From Octopus vulgaris (taxonomy: Eukaryota): DNA of 64,000 nucleotides. Where the stretch lies: contig OX597814.1 of assembly GCA_951406725.2 (NCBI GenBank), positions 215,016,001 through 215,080,000 of the forward strand, read 5' to 3'. The notes beneath the pieces were generated by a model. That model had not been told where the DNA came from and made no database searches. It saw only the letters and a program-made list of their open reading frames with translations. Below, one piece after another: positions 38,877 to 53,621 of the stretch; the first letter of the stretch is position 1; every line of letters begins with the position of its first letter. The translations under genes were made by a program, and so were the position numbers.

Positions 38877-41800
38877 GTTGGTGGAGAACTTCATTAATTA
38901 CTTCCTTTAATTTTATTACATTTTTATTATCATTTAACTTTTATTAGTGTATGCGTTATTCAAATTTATATTCAGTCATGAAATAGTTGAAATATTTCAA
39001 CGAAAATTATAGTTCCCTTATTTAAGTAGTTTATGGAAATCAAGGAATGTAGATGCAAGTTATTGCGATTAGGATAAAGAAAATGACAAGAGCGAATGAG
39101 ATTATAATAATGATAAAATGAAATGAGATGATTATAATGACAAAGTCAATTATCTAACGAAGCCATTACACTTGGTTCTCTTTTCTAAGCGATTCTATTG
39201 GGTTATTGCGCTCATAACTATTAACAGATGTATCTTTATGGGATTCTTTGATGAGAGCAATGAAGAATAAATAATGACATAGCTCCAAATCAGTTTTAGT
39301 CGATCAAATCTTTGAACAAATGCGTTCTAGGTGTGATCATGCCATCTGAATTATCTAGTCATACATTATCACATGTGTCCTTCCATTTTTAAGTTGGTAG
39401 GGTGTGATTTTACAGAGATTTAGCTGTTATTTCTGGTTTACAATCGAGTATGTGGAGGTTCCCTCGTTGTTTAAATATCAATTGACTATATAGAAATAAT
39501 GAAACATCAAACTTACTGTTGTGAAAATAATTGCCTCGACTTCAGGATTAAGATCAGCAAATTTAAGGGAGGAATGGAGTTAGTTGATACTATCGACCCC
39601 TCTGTTTGATATTTATTTTAACGACCCATAGGGTTAAAAGTCAAGGTTGACTGTGGTGGTACTTGAAGTGAGAACGCACAGAGCGGGAAGAAATACCGCT
39701 AAGTATTTTTCCAACACTAAAATTATTCCACGATAAAATTTACTAATAAAACACGATTACCATTTTTTTAATATACTGAATTTAAATTACATAAGTTTGA
39801 TAGTATAACCTTTCCGTCTTTAACTTCATTTTTTCTGTTTTGTAAAAAGAAAAATGTGTTTTAAATGGTTGAACCTACTTTGGTGCTATTTTCCTGGTTC
39901 CAGCCATATTTGGACGCCATCATCAATGTTTCTGTAACTTTCATAAAAAAAAACATTGGGTTAAACACCAATTCTACAGCTATACTGACACTGTATTGTT
40001 GTAAGATAAATGAATAATGATTAAGCCGAGACACTCCCAGTGACCACACACGTCGTATTTACTATAACCTTCACGTTGTTTAACTCTGTTTAATCCTGAG
40101 ATTACAAAAACCCATTATCAAAAATGTCCCATTCGAGAGGATCTAAAACAACAATGGTGTGTCTAAAACTTCTAGAACTACAACAACCAATCTATCTTTT
40201 CCTTGAACTGTCCATTGTAATTTCATAATTTCAGTGCTATTTCCAGCGGATTGAGAGTTCATGTAGAGACTCTAAAAAGCTAGCACTTACTATGTTTATT
40301 TATGAATTCGGATTAAATTTTATTTCTGAGGCTCTGAATACATCGTCAAACAAAGTAAATATATAACGTGAAAATAGAAATGTAAACGTTCAGTTATTTC
40401 ATAACTGATAAAATGGAATCACACAAATATGTATATTAAAGTTTAATTTAATGTTTCTGAAAATCATTTTGACCAAAAGACTTGCTCCTTTTCTTTGTTC
40501 TTATTAATTTAGTTCTGGTACATGAGTATGAATCGGGTAGAAGGATCAATTGTTTCCTTCAAAGTTTTCTCTACCTTTATTTATTTAAGAAAGCTATCAA
40601 ATCTAAGCTTGTGACATTTCTTCAATTAGCATACTTACATTCAACACATACATTACATATCCATATCAATCTGGAATCGTAGTTTCTCTTGATCCGGCCG
40701 GAATGGCAAAAACTTAGTTGCGATTACCGGTGCTAGCTATTGGTCTATTGCATCAAGTTTACATTCTTTGTTGATAGGTAAACTATCCAACGCTTTGTGA
40801 CTTTTGCTTCTCAATTTGAAAATGAACCGGCACAGAAGAATAAGAAATGTATGTCGCTAGATTATTCAGGCTGATTCACTATGTATCTAAACTAAATGTG
40901 TTGAAAGAACTTCGTTAATGTAAATATAGTGTTCTGTTGTGAAAGATGTCTAACACAAGCACTCATTGTAGCAACACACTTCTCTTATACACAAGATCTT
41001 GTCTGCAACCAATGGCCATTTTTTGCAATAAGACAGCCATGTGCCTTGAATAGCCAACATTTATCGTACTTCAACAGATGGATAAGAAAATTATATTTCA
41101 ATATGTTTTCGGAAACTTTTTTTCATAAGAATAGTTTTAATGTAACTTTGTGTTCACATCAAAGACCACTATTGGCTCCAGCTGTTTCAGGCAAAGTTAA
41201 GAATCGATATATTTCCACCAACAGGGTTGCGATCTCCAGTCTATTTGTGTCTAATATTTTCACTCAACTCAAAGTTTCTTGTCCAGCATCTACCTCAAGA
41301 CTTTTTCAAAAAAGAATATTACCCGTTTATCTGGTTTAACTGTGTTTTCCTGGCTATCACAAAACATTCACGTCTTCTCTGCTTCTGGTAAAACACTCGC
41401 AGTTATTGCTATTGATCATGGTGCTATGGAAATGTATTAATCCTAGCACTCGCACCGAACACATTCGTTTCTGGTTAAGTGACAGCAAAAACACTTTAGC
41501 CCATGCACTCTATCAATTCCCTTCATAACTTAAAGATATTACTTTTTGCTGTCTTCTGAGGTGGGTCACATAATGTACATTTTAAAAAAATTACTAGTAA
41601 GAATTAAGAAGGCTATACCACTACTGGTTGAATGAGTTATAATGGTCTTCTTTCACATTGTTAGAAGACATAAGCTACACGCTTTATATTAATAGTATTA
41701 TTCCTGACCAAGCAGAAAACAAACCAATCTGTTGGTGGGATCGTTAAAAGATCTTTTTAGAGGTAATACCATTTACTATAGAAATAGCGCCTGGTTTGTT

Positions 41801-41932
41801 TATGATCTTGTACGACTGTGGAAATAACAAGTGATATAAAATTTAGGTCCTTATTCAGATTAATTTTGCGGTAAGTTGAAGAAGCCTGAGCTCATAGTTC
41901 TTTCAATTGCCATCTCAGAAACAGTAAATTCA

Positions 41933-42349
41933 TTCTCTTTTACTCTTTTACTTGTTTCAGTCATTTGACTGCGGCCATGCTGGAGCACCGCCTTTAATCG
42001 AGCAACTCGACCCCGGGACTTATTCTTTGTAAGCCCAGTACTTATTCTATCGGCCTCTTTTTGCCGAACCGCTAAGTGACGGGGACGTAAACACACCAGC
42101 ATCGGTTGTCAAGCAATACTAGGGGGACAAACACAGACACACAAACACACACACACACATACATACATATATATATACATATATACGACAGGCTTCTTTC
42201 AGTTTCCGTCTACCAAATCCACTCACAAGGCATTGGTCGGCCCGGGGCTATAGCAGAAGACACTTGCCCAAGATGCCACGCAGTGGGACTGAACCCGGAA
42301 CCATGTGGTTGGTTAGCAAGCTACATACCACACAGCCACTCCTGCGCCT
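41933..42349 (-). mobile_element. SINE family A (FOXRED2 intron)
   Basis: Full length; near-identical to the copies at 43431 and 49132. Confidence 0.93.
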
Positions 42350-43430
42350 ATTCTTTTCAATCATCTTATCAAAGAAACAGTTCCTGCTAAAATGCTGGGG
42401 GACTATAATCTCTGTCATCAAATACTTTCGTCGTTATTTCTTTATTTTTTCCGACCGGACAGAAAATTTCAGAATTCTATGTTCTAGTCCTAATAATCGC
42501 ATCGTAATGTCTTGATTTAAGATACTAAAACCTAGAAATATTCAAACATTCTCATCTCCCATTAGCATCCTTCAAACAAGTTACAAGAGAATCAAAGATA
42601 AATTACGTCCCGTTCAGAGCAACTAGATGTTGCAGCTTCGTCAAACATATCATTGTAAGAGAATCAGAAATACTAAGGGAGTCTTCAAGAACAGCGTGAT
42701 GCCTGAAAAATGTCCGTTTTCCGATAATTTATTATCACTTCTCTTCGATCTAATTTCTTTGACTACCTTCCATGGTAAAATCGGAGCAATAACTTTAGCT
42801 AAATAAACCTGCTTTTGGGAAATGCGTTGTTTGAAGAAGGTTAAAAACTTCATCAACCGGCCAGAAACATTTTCAACAGCTTTGGAAAATATACTCAAAA
42901 CTAGGCAGTATATTTCTTAGTTATATCTTTTTGTGAATTTCTTGAAATTGTACGAAAAACACGAACACAGACTCCTCACTTGAAGCTATCTGAAGAGAAG
43001 GGTGATCACTAGTAATTTTTCCGGAGCATATACCAATCCGACATCTAACTGATTAAAGGTGGCCATTTTCAATGTTGCTTGTATTGCATTGGCATGGGAG
43101 AATTCACTCATGATATAGCAACAAGTAATCTGTCCAACTTATTGTAGCGTTAAAATATCGGGATATATATTGGTCATCTCAGGCAGAAATCACAAACTTA
43201 CGTTTGAGAAAACATATGTGTAATTCATAAATATGTTCAATGGGCTTAATTTTACTGACAGACTAAATACATATGAATATGTTTTCGTATACATATTTAG
43301 CAATAAAAATCAGATCGTTCCCATGTAAAATTATGTAAATGAGTTGTATCCGATATAATTTGTTTACATTCCACTAACTAGTACTCAGCTGATGACTTAC
43401 AGCATATTGGTAGAAAAAAAGACTGAGTCT

Positions 43431-43596
43431 AGGCGCAGGAGTGGCTGGGTGGTAAGTAGCTTGCTAACCAACCACATGGTTCCGGGTTAAGTCCCACTGC
43501 GTGGCATCTTGGGCAAGTGTCTTCTGCTATAGCCCCGGGCCGACCAATGCCTTGTGAGTGGATTTGGTAGACGGAAACTGAAAGAAGCCTGTCGTA

Positions 43597-43640
<44 letters not shown>

Positions 43641-43871
43641 TATATATATATATGTATATATGTGTGTGTTTGTGTGTCTGTGTTTGTCCCCCTAGCATTG
43701 CTTGACAACCGATGCTGTTGTGTTTACGTCCCCCTCACTTAGCGGTTCGGCAAAAGAGACCGATAAAATAAGTACTGGGCTTACAAAGAATAAGTCCTGG
43801 GGTCGATTTGCTCGACTAAAGGTGGTGCTCCAGCATGGCCGCAGTCAAATGACTGAAACAAGTAAAAGAGA
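43431..43871 (+). mobile_element. SINE family A (FOXRED2 intron)
   Basis: Full length. Confidence 0.93.
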
Positions 43872-45366
43872 GAGTCCTGATGAGGAAAACAAGTCTAAGC
43901 TACCGAGAAGACAAAGTTTCTGGTCAAACTAAGGAGACTAATATAACAGCGAGACTGTACTTATAGATATAAGACTCTCTGTACATATTTCTTTATAACC
44001 TATGTGATATTAGTACTTTAGTTATATGTGTGATGGAGCTATGGATATGCTTTTGTACAGTCTCCAGTTTTCAAGAACTTTTGACATTTAGATTTATGAA
44101 CGCCTTTAGGCTATCATAATTAATTTCTTTCCCTGGGAGTTCAAATCAGCAATAATCTCAAATACGCCTACTTTTGATGAATAATGAGTTTTCCATCCTC
44201 GCTTGAGCAAATATTTTTTCTCCAATCCATCTAATGAGATCGGGCAGTTTCACTTATTCCTGTGTTTGCATGGTCTAAATTATTCCACATGTATTCCAAT
44301 GGAATATATGCAAACCAAAAACTGTAGGTTAACACTCTATAAACATCTAGACAGATTTGTTTAATCAGCGGTAAATATATAGCTTCGATATCTTAATATT
44401 CATGCACCTATTTATATGCAAATAGCCTTATGCTTTGAGATTACAAATGACTGCTTTTATACCTTAGACTCCAACTTACATCTAAAGAAAAACAGTTTGT
44501 TTGAAAACGTCTTCTTTCATACAACATTGAAAAACATGGGAATTGCTTTGTATTAACCCTGCTGGGGAAAGCGCCGTTTAGAAAGAAGATTAAGAAATGA
44601 GGAAATGAGACTGTAATCTATATTTCCGATGAATGTAAAGGTAAAACCTAAAAAAATAAAAATAAAATAAAAAGCAGTGACTAGCTACTAATCTCAATGA
44701 AAGAAACTTACAGTGAATTACAACTGCCATGATAAATATCATGCAGACAGCTAAAACTTTTAATGTGCGAGAGAGCAGAACAGCCAAAATTAGTTTTATT
44801 TATTTGAATAAATAAAAGTAAATTTGTAAGAGTAAATAAGCTAAATATGATTAAATATAGTTAAAGCTAAATATAAACGCCCCAGGAAAGAGTTGAAAAG
44901 CAATCATATCATTGCGTTTCAATTGGAAAACAAGCATATTTATGCTGATGATAATGATTATGATGACTGCCTGAGGTAAAGTGTGTATCATATCATTTCC
45001 ATTACAGCTTATAATCAAAAGAGCCAGGACTAAACAATATTGATAAAAGAAATGTCGATATACAAGCACCAAATATACATAAATATAAGGTCCGTATATA
45101 AATATCAAATTAAACGGAATTACAAGGTTTATGCATCGTGATTCTCAACTAATAAAAATAAAATTGCTTCGTTTTGCGCTGATGGTAATATAGGAAAATT
45201 TAATTTCTATGTTGAACGCATCATCCATATTTATCGTAGCGTATAATTCTAAAGCAACGTAGGCGGCAAATCGGCAGTCATCAGAGCGTTGAATAGAATG
45301 TCTCACAGTATTTGTTCTGACTTCGGTTGCTGGTTCAAATCCAGCTGAGGTTCGTATTATTTTCCA

Positions 45367-45750
45367 CTAGCAGTATCGCCCGGCGTTGCTCGGGTTTGTA
45401 AGGGAAATAACTATATAACCATTTTTAGAGAGTTATAGCCAAAAAATAGCAAAAAATGCATTAAAAATGGAAAAAAAATGATGGTGAATTTTTTTTAAAT
45501 CTTTGACACATCGTAGACATTTTTAGAGAGTTACTTCCCTTATATAATAGCGAAAAAATGCATTAAAATGGAAAAAAATAATGGTAAATTATTTTTAAAA
45601 TCGTAGACTCATCGTAGACGCGCGCTAATACCCAGAAGGGCTCGATATGAATCACGACTATAAGATACCCGGTTTTGGTTAAACTGCACTGCAAAATGTG
45701 GGAGTAGTTAGGAATCTAAATCGTAGGAGACAGACACATATATGTAAAGA
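45367..45750 (-). mobile_element. Non-autonomous Helitron inserted into an old SINE B
   Basis: - strand: A|TC...hairpin CCCGAGCAACGCCGGG...CTAG|T, no TSD; the flanks resemble a decayed SINE B. Confidence 0.85.
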
Positions 45751-46177
45751 TTATCTGGTGGTAGTGGGGAGAAGGTCGATAAAAAAGCCCCACTAATCCA
45801 GGGCGTTGAATTGGTGAAACTGTCACAAAGTTGGACAAACTGCATTGCGGTATTTTTTCTAATTCTTTGCGTCCTGGCGGCAACATTAGTGCTGAGCTTT
45901 ATTGGCCGAAGTCAGCGGCCGTTACCTTGGATAAACATTGGTGATGTGGAGAAAGGAGAATTGCATGTATGAGCAACTTATTTCTGAAAATATTTTGCTC
46001 AGACCTGAGCATATTTGTGCAGATGAATCGCCAAACTTGTCCGTTAAAGTTTTAAAACAACTTCTTGTAATTCTATCGAAATAGTTTCCATTAAATTTAT
46101 TTTGACGCATGCTAACGAATTTAAATAATTTTAAGTAAACAAATTACTCTCATTTACTTTCCTAACTTCTTTTGCAG

Positions 46178-46508
46178 GAAATTTCTTCACAAAATACCCC
46201 CGTCATCGTACATTAATCAGTATAAATAAAAGAAATACCGGAAGGACGAACAAAGAATTCAATATGAGACATGACTGGAATTCACTACTTTCTGACAAGG
46301 AGCATTTAAAACTGCGCTATTACAGTAAAGAAATGTTTCCTCATGCTGATGTACTTGTTAAATATCTTTCAGATTTCCAACGTATGAACAATTTAAATGT
46401 CCAATTTAATGCAGAAATGTCTAATATCCAAACTGTGAGAAATGATTCAGTTAAAGAGAAACATACATTCACTATGTCTGACCAATACAACAACAAATAT
46501 GCTTGCAG
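46178..46508 (+). CDS. FOXRED2: FOXRED2 coding exon 2
   Basis: Pyrimidine tract + tttgcag acceptor. In frame with exon 1: (G)NFFTKYPRHRTLISINKRNTGRTNKEFNMRHDWNSLLSD...KYAC(R); YPRHR-LISINK and RHDWNSLLS are FOXRED2 hallmarks. Donor AG|GTAACA, phase 2. Confidence 0.95.
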
Positions 46509-46521
46509 GTAACAATTATTA

Positions 46522-46609
<88 letters not shown>

Positions 46610-46631
46610 CATTGCTGTTGTTGTTGTTGCT

Positions 46632-47055
46632 ATCCTCTTCTTTCAATTTTGTGTCCATTCCTCGGGCAAAGAAAATCAATGTATACAATGGTAGGTCATT
46701 AAAATAAACATATCAGATTGTTCATTTACAAAGTCACGCGACAGAAAGAAAAATGTGGAAGAAAGAAAAAAGGAAAGGATAAAAATAAAAAACAGGAAAA
46801 CAAATGAAAATTAAAAAAAACAGAGAAAATAAAGGGGAAAAAAAAGAAAACTCTTAGCAACAATGCTCTTCTCAATACGTGTGAGATACCAGTTAAAACA
46901 GTCTTTTGCACTTCTTGCATGGATGGTAAGCCAGGGATCATCCTCAAATAGTTTTCAGTTTCTTTTTTGATCATTCCAAGTGCTCCTACAATCACTGGTA
47001 TTGTAATCGTCTTGAGATACCACATTTTTTCGATTTCAATTTATATTTTCTGAAC

Positions 47056-47057
<2 letters not shown>
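46632..47057 (-). mobile_element. R4/Dong-like 3' end in (TAA)n just downstream of exon 2
   Basis: MWYLKTITIPVIVGALGMIKK...HVLRRAL; (TTA)n on both sides. Confidence 0.85.
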
Positions 47058-47088
<31 letters not shown>

Positions 47089-47091
47089 TTA

Positions 47092-47480
47092 AAGTGGCGA
47101 GCTGGGAGAATCGTTAGCACGCTAGACGAAATGCTTAGCAGTATTTCGCCCGTCGTTACACTCTGAGTTCAAATTCCGCCGAGGACGACTTTGCCTTTCA
47201 TCCTTTCGGGGTCGATAAAATAAGTACCATTTGAACACTGGGGTCGATGTAATCAACTCATCCCCCATCTCCCCCCAAATGGCCCTGGTGGAAAAAAATT
47301 TGAAATAATAATAATTATTATTATTGAGTGAAAGAGCAGCGCATGCCATCTAATTGACACTGGAGTAGAATATACGAAGCCCAATATACCCATCATGACT
47401 ACCCATCTAAGGGAACACCAGGCATATGCATCACAACTATATGCGCGCGCCATGGTGATCTCATATCAAGATAAAAGTAT
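47092..47480. mobile_element. SINE B (+) followed by a Dong-like 3' UTR (-) in (TAA)n
   Basis: SINE B 47092-47305; 47325-47480 matches 20766-20920. Confidence 0.8.
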
Positions 47481-49131
47481 GAATTGTGTTATATCATTTA
47501 TGGGTGATTCCATAGAGTTGTGTTATGGTTTTTGGGTGAAGGTTATAATGTTAATGTACAACAGGGTATGTTTTATTTGCAGAAAGCGTACTGTTTGATT
47601 TGTGCTAATGAAGTGAAATCGACTTGTGTACAATGTGGTCCCTGTCTAGCAACACCACATTGTGAGTTCAAACTATTGTCCGTATGTTTTCGATAATATT
47701 TTTTATCATACCTAGTGCTCTTATTATTATACCTATAGTATTCCAAGATCCTTGTGTTGCGATTCTTTGCTACAAGATATGAGTATAAAAAGAAAGGAGA
47801 GTCGCCGCCAGAAATATTGGTACTAACGTTGATTCTTGGACTGGCGTGAAATATGCGGGCTTACAGAAACTGCAGGACTATCACAGCGTTCTGATGGTGT
47901 AAGGCAGAATATCTAGTTACTATACATGCGAAAGTAAAGTGTATGTGAGGGCATTCTCTTTAGGGGTGGGTGGAAAAGCAGAATATGAGCTGGGTGGCAA
48001 CATACATTTACTGGTCACCGAAGCTACTTTCCCCGCTGTTTTCAGAGCATTCATGCTATACTTGATAGCAGATCCGTGATTAGCCAGAGTAGAAACAAAG
48101 AAGATGGGATCATCTAGAACTCAAAATTACCATCACCAAGATCTGATGGGGTAGAGTTTCTCTTCTTCCAATACAGGGCTAACAAGAGGAGCCAAGCAAG
48201 GGTTCCACTCCGCGGGGAAGAGATTTAGTGCAGAAGAGGGTGGAAAAACATCGGGGTGACAGCAAAAATAGAAAAGGCATCACAGCAAGAATAGACCCAG
48301 TCTGGAAACAAGTAGGGCTATTGGAAATCCCCCACAGAAGGGTGAATATCCACATTCTGATCCTGGGCTTTGTGGTTCTTCCCATAAGTAATGGGAACCT
48401 GATATAGATGCCACATTAACTGAAAACTACTTCAGCAACAAACACGAAAACCAATACCATAATACTGAAAAGTAGTATTGACGGGGTAGGACAACAAAGG
48501 ATTGAAGGACAACCTTCAAAAGAAAAAAGAAGATAAGCAATATAAACAGTAACACAAACGATATTCACGCGCACAAATAGTACCCCAGATTCTTTTTGAG
48601 ATTAAACAGGATCATATGAAACATTAATCACTTGAGGAAACAGAAGAAAACGGCTGGTCTTGTTGATCTATGTTCATCTTGGACTGATCAGACTGTCAGC
48701 ACTTTTGTGCCAATAGTGTTTATCCAGAACTGGCAGTTCGGGACAAAGATCTGATGTATTAAAGAGAACATAGAGTTCTTCACAGAAACCAAAGTAATAG
48801 AGAAAATATATAAAGTCCATTTTTAAAGCAATTACAACGAAAATTAGAAGCTAATTAAGAATTATATATATTTCTTACCCTAAGACCAACGTTGAAGAAT
48901 CCGATACGATTATGCTGATAGTAATTATAATCCTAATATTGTATTTGTTATCAAGTTTCATACAGCTAATTCACTAAATTTAAATAGTTACAAAATTTAT
49001 CGACCTGACCGCCCCAAGTGGAAAAAGTAACTGATAAATATTTCTTTCCTATACTAAAATAAACTGGAACCTTGAAGCAAACTATGCGTAGATTAATAAA
49101 AGCATTTACATGAAAATAGGACTAGGAAAAT

Positions 49132-49545
49132 AGCACAGGAGTGGCTGTGTGGTAAGTAGCTCGCTAACCAACCACATGGTTCCGGGTTCAGTCCCACTGC
49201 GTGGCACCTTGGGCAAGTGTCTTCTACCAAAGCCCCGGGCCGACCAAAGCCTTGTGAGTGGATTTGGTAGACGGAAACTGAATGAAGCCTGTCGTATATA
49301 TGTATATATATATATGTATGTGTGTGTGTGTTTGTGTGTCTGTGTTTGTCCCCCTAGCATTGCTTGACAACCGATGCTGGTGTGTTTACGTCCCCGTCAC
49401 TTAACGGTTCGGCAAAAGAGACCGATAGAATAAGTACTGGGCTTACAAAGAATAAGTCCCGGGGTCGATTTGCTCGACTAAAGGCGGTGCTCCAGCATGG
49501 CCGCAGTCAAATGACTGAAACAAGTAAAATAGTAAAAGAGAGAGA
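49132..49545 (+). mobile_element. SINE family A (FOXRED2 intron)
   Basis: Full length. Confidence 0.93.
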
Positions 49546-50149
49546 GATGAATGTGCCAACTAATCCATTAAAAGTGTAAATTTCATGAAAACAATGAAAA
49601 CCTTTATACCACAAGATCAAAATCTTTATTACTATATACATGACAGATATTAAAATAATTGAATGGAAAAAAAAATGCACTTAAGAACTAGCGAACTAGA
49701 CAAGCACGAATCAAAGAAAAGGTTACGAAAGAATATCACAAACACTTCAGATTAATATTTACAGATCACCTCACTGTTAACAAGATAGCAGTTATTAAAA
49801 GGCGCTCCAGCATAGTTATAGTATACTTAAAAAGGAAGTGAATTAGCACGAATAGTAAGAAAAAGTACGTTAATGTTAAAAGTTAGTAGAAAGAAACCAA
49901 AATCGAATGATATATATTGACCAAAACCACAACAATTATGATTACAAAAATATCTTACGGAAAATAATTATCTACAAAAAAAAATGAAAAATGAAAAATC
50001 ATTAACAACAATCTTTTTCGATGTTTTTCAAGATTAACATGTACAAAACAGGTAGGATTGACATAAAATTTGTGGTGGTGGGGTTCCAATGTGTAACCTC
50101 CACCAACCGCATTGCCCGACTGGTAGAGAGCTGTGAGCACTTGTCGACA

Positions 50150-51990
50150 CTGCAGGTACCAAGCACCCTTTCTCGGTCTATACTTGATTCAGGACTGTAG
50201 CTACGTCAATTAGACGAGCTGTGGAAAATCCTGTTAAACGGCGCGCGGCGACTCGGGATAGGTTGGAGATGTCACAGCCTCAGCGCATGTCTGAGCATCG
50301 TTAACCATAGGATTCCCAGTCTACCTTTCAGCAGAACACGCCCCTTTCACATAAGGCGGGAGAGCAATAGTTCCAGCTTGAACAGCCACGAGGCAGAGTA
50401 AGGGCCGATGGTCAGGCGGTGAATGATGACGTAAGCGATGTACGCATTTGCCATCTCCTCTCTGCTCATTTCTGAGAAATACTAGTCACCTTGCTCGTCG
50501 TCTCCCCCAGTTCTTATCATCTGGAGGTCCAGAGCAAACCAGACCACGAGCAACGTAACCGGACCTCCCGTCCAGCGCCGTCGGACGGCATGGACCTGCC
50601 TCTCCAGGTGGCAAGCTGCAGGACCACCGGCTTCATTTGGTTAATCTTTACTCCTGTATCCGCTTCGTTCTCCCTTAGAATAGTGCCGGTCACCTCAATT
50701 TCCGAGATGTCCGACACTATTACGCTGACGAACCTTCTGCATCCTACTTTACATGACCGCTGAAGATGAGGCCGAAACCGGCCTCTGCGAGGACGGCCTC
50801 CAAGTATTGGTGGTCAACCCTTTCAAAAGCTTTTGATTGATGTAAATTGATCAGGGTCTCCCCATGCCAAGTTCTTTACCTACCCTCTCTATGATGTAAC
50901 GCGTATGGTGTAATTTGTTGTGGATAGATCTGTTCGTGATAACGCATGTCTGCACGTCACCGACCAGTTTATCGACGACAAGCGCCAGCCTCCTGACAAA
51001 TACCCTGGCCAAAATCTTGTAATCTGCGTTCAGTAGAATTACGGGTCTAAAATGATTTATTTGGTCCCACTTGTTCGGGTCCTTTCTCAGCTGCACCACC
51101 ATTCCAGCACTGAGAATTCCCCCGTTCTGCTGCTAGCTGTTGTAGATATTAGTTAAGAAATCACTGAACAGATCAGGTATATGAAGATAAAGTTTGATGA
51201 CCAGACCATCTAGCCCTGGAGACTTCTCTTTTGTGCAGTTTGTCATCACGTCCTGTATGTCTTCGGCTATTATCAGCATCTCGCAGAACTCCGCATCCTT
51301 GGCCAAAAGGCGTGGCATGTGCTGACACAGGAGGTGAACTCCACCGCCCGTCACCGAGTCACCGCGTGCTCTTTACAGCTTGGCAAAGTGCTGCTAAAAC
51401 TCCGCACTCATCCGCTTAGTATCGTGCACTATGTGCCAGTCGCGGCCCGTCAAAGACCGAATTGTGGCAGTGTTGTCACGCTGCGCCTCCACCGCCACCC
51501 AAGCCCATCGAACTGATTTCATTTTCTCGTGTCTTAGCACACGCGTTCTAGCTCTGACAACGCAACCTTCATGCTTGGCATGAAAGACTTGACCAAGGGC
51601 CAATCTCGCTATGCCACTTCTAAGCGCATCTTGCTAACTAGGTCGCCCTCTATTCTACATTCCTCTACTGTAATTCTTTACTAAACCTGGACATCTCCCC
51701 TCTAACAGCTCTTTTCATTGGCACATTCGGGAAATCCAGTCGGTACTTGTCAGCCAGTTGGGAGCGACTGTGTAGGTTTGTGAAGCTTTTACACCCCACT
51801 CTCTAATCGGCTAGCCTCACCTTGTCCAGGTGTGCGTCCAAGATGGCGTTCCAATCGCCAACTAGCACTAAAGAGCGAGACGTCTCAAGGAAAACTCCCA
51901 AACATCTGAAGACATCTGGCTGTCCCGCTTCAGTCGGGGCATACACAGCGACTGGTCTAAAAACATCACATTCTCTACAGCTCAACAGTG
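50150..51990 (-). mobile_element. Tx1/L1-clade LINE ORF2 remnant (APE + RT)
   Basis: VYAPT and LVGDWNAILD (APE); KSPGLDG, FRPVILLNADYKILA, QSKAFERVDHQ (RT); GC-rich relative to host; many disruptions. Confidence 0.85.
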
Positions 51991-52582
51991 TTCGTGGTCG
52001 TATTGTTATCGCTATTGGTTGATGCCCGTGGTAGTGTCACTTTTATTGAAGTAAACCAATTTCATGTTGATGTTGTTGCTGCTGATCCTGTTAATGGCAG
52101 AGTGGTCCATTGAATTTTGAACTTGGTGTGTGCTCACCACCCCTTCCATTTGAGGGTTGAAGATAGAGGACACTGATGTATGTTGTAAATCACTATCAGA
52201 GCTTCTGCTGACTTCCTTTTCCATGTCACTGGGCAGGGAGAATATCTCCATTGGTTTTTAAACTTTGTTTTCCGGAACAAAATGAATATTTTTCTTTCTG
52301 AATTCGAGCCCCTAAAGGGACACAGACAAACAGGGCAACCACCTTATGCAATGCTGGTAGCTTCAACAAGCGTTTTGTAACAAAATTACGCAATTAACAG
52401 CTTTTGGAGACTCAAACAGATAAAGTTACGACAGATACGGCACACACAGGTTAAAGAAGCTAACACAATACAGCACCGGGAAGAGTTCGCACAATCCCAA
52501 CTGCTGCACAGCCCCCAGAAACTCAGAGGTGTAGCAGGTGATGTAGTAGAAATTTGCCTAAATCTACCAAATATCAAATAGT

Positions 52583-52639
<57 letters not shown>

Positions 52640-52783
52640 CCTTTCTTCTATAAGTACAAGGTTTGAAATTTGTGGGGAGGGAATTAGCCAATTGCATTTA
52701 CCCCAATACTTGACTGGTACTAATTTTATCGACCGCGAAAGGATTAAAGCGAAGTCGACCTCGGCGACATTTAGACTCAGGAC

Positions 52784-52853
<70 letters not shown>

Positions 52854-53030
52854 GTAGTAGTAATATCAAATTTTGGCACAAGGCCAGCAAGTTCGGAGGA
52901 TGGGGTAAGTCGACCCTGCTGTTCAATTAGTACTTATTTTATCGACTCCTAAAGCATGAAAGGCAAATTCGACCTCGGCGGAATTTGAACTCATAACGTA
53001 AAGACGGACGACATGCCGCTAAACATTTCG
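52640..53030 (-). mobile_element. Two SINE B copies separated by (TAA)n
   Basis: Family B body motifs. Confidence 0.8.
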
Positions 53031-53239
53031 CTTGGCTGTAGTAGTAGTAGTAATAGTAGTACTGGTGATTTTGTTTTGTTTTTTGTATTCCATGCTTTCA
53101 CTGTACTATCGAACAAAACTCTGTGTGCATTGGATCTACGCAATGTTCAGTTTTTCGTTTTCTATTTTCTATAGTATTTACAAAGCTCGACCTAATAAGC
53201 GTGAAGTGTCAAGTAGTGTGTTTTTTTTTATTTAACAAC

Positions 53240-53590
53240 AGTTTTGAGGCTTTTCTTGCCATTGCTTTTCCATGGCATTCTGTAGCCACATTTTAAACTC
53301 AGGTTTTAGCTATTTTTGCGATTTCTTTTCTTGTATCTTTCTCCTTGCAGCTGTCATTTCGCTTTGTTTTGTATTTGTTGGCTTCCTAGAAAAAGAAATA
53401 GTATTTTCCTTACTTGATTAATTTTCTAGTATTTTCTATTAGACATTTTCATCGTCCTCCTGTGAATATTATATTTCTATGTACATAGGGAATATACCTG
53501 TTCGTATTCGTGGTAGATATATTTTAACGTCAGATTCTGGAATGTGTATCTAATTGCAGGCATTAATTTTCTTCTAGTCTTTCAATTTCA
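53240..53590 (-). mobile_element. Decayed R4/Dong-like fragment
   Basis: LQNAMEKQWQEKP resembles the W-x-KPLHG region near 21930. Confidence 0.45.
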
Positions 53591-53621
53591 GTCCAATTAA
53601 GAATATTACAACTGTAACTAA

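Noticed and set aside
47900-48450. GC-balanced intronic segment as a nested gene exon
   Set aside because: Short ORFs, no recognisable homology and no consistent splice sites.
52012-52251. 79-aa Ser-rich ORF on the - strand
   Set aside because: No recognisable domain or splice support; lies between TE fragments, probably TE-derived.
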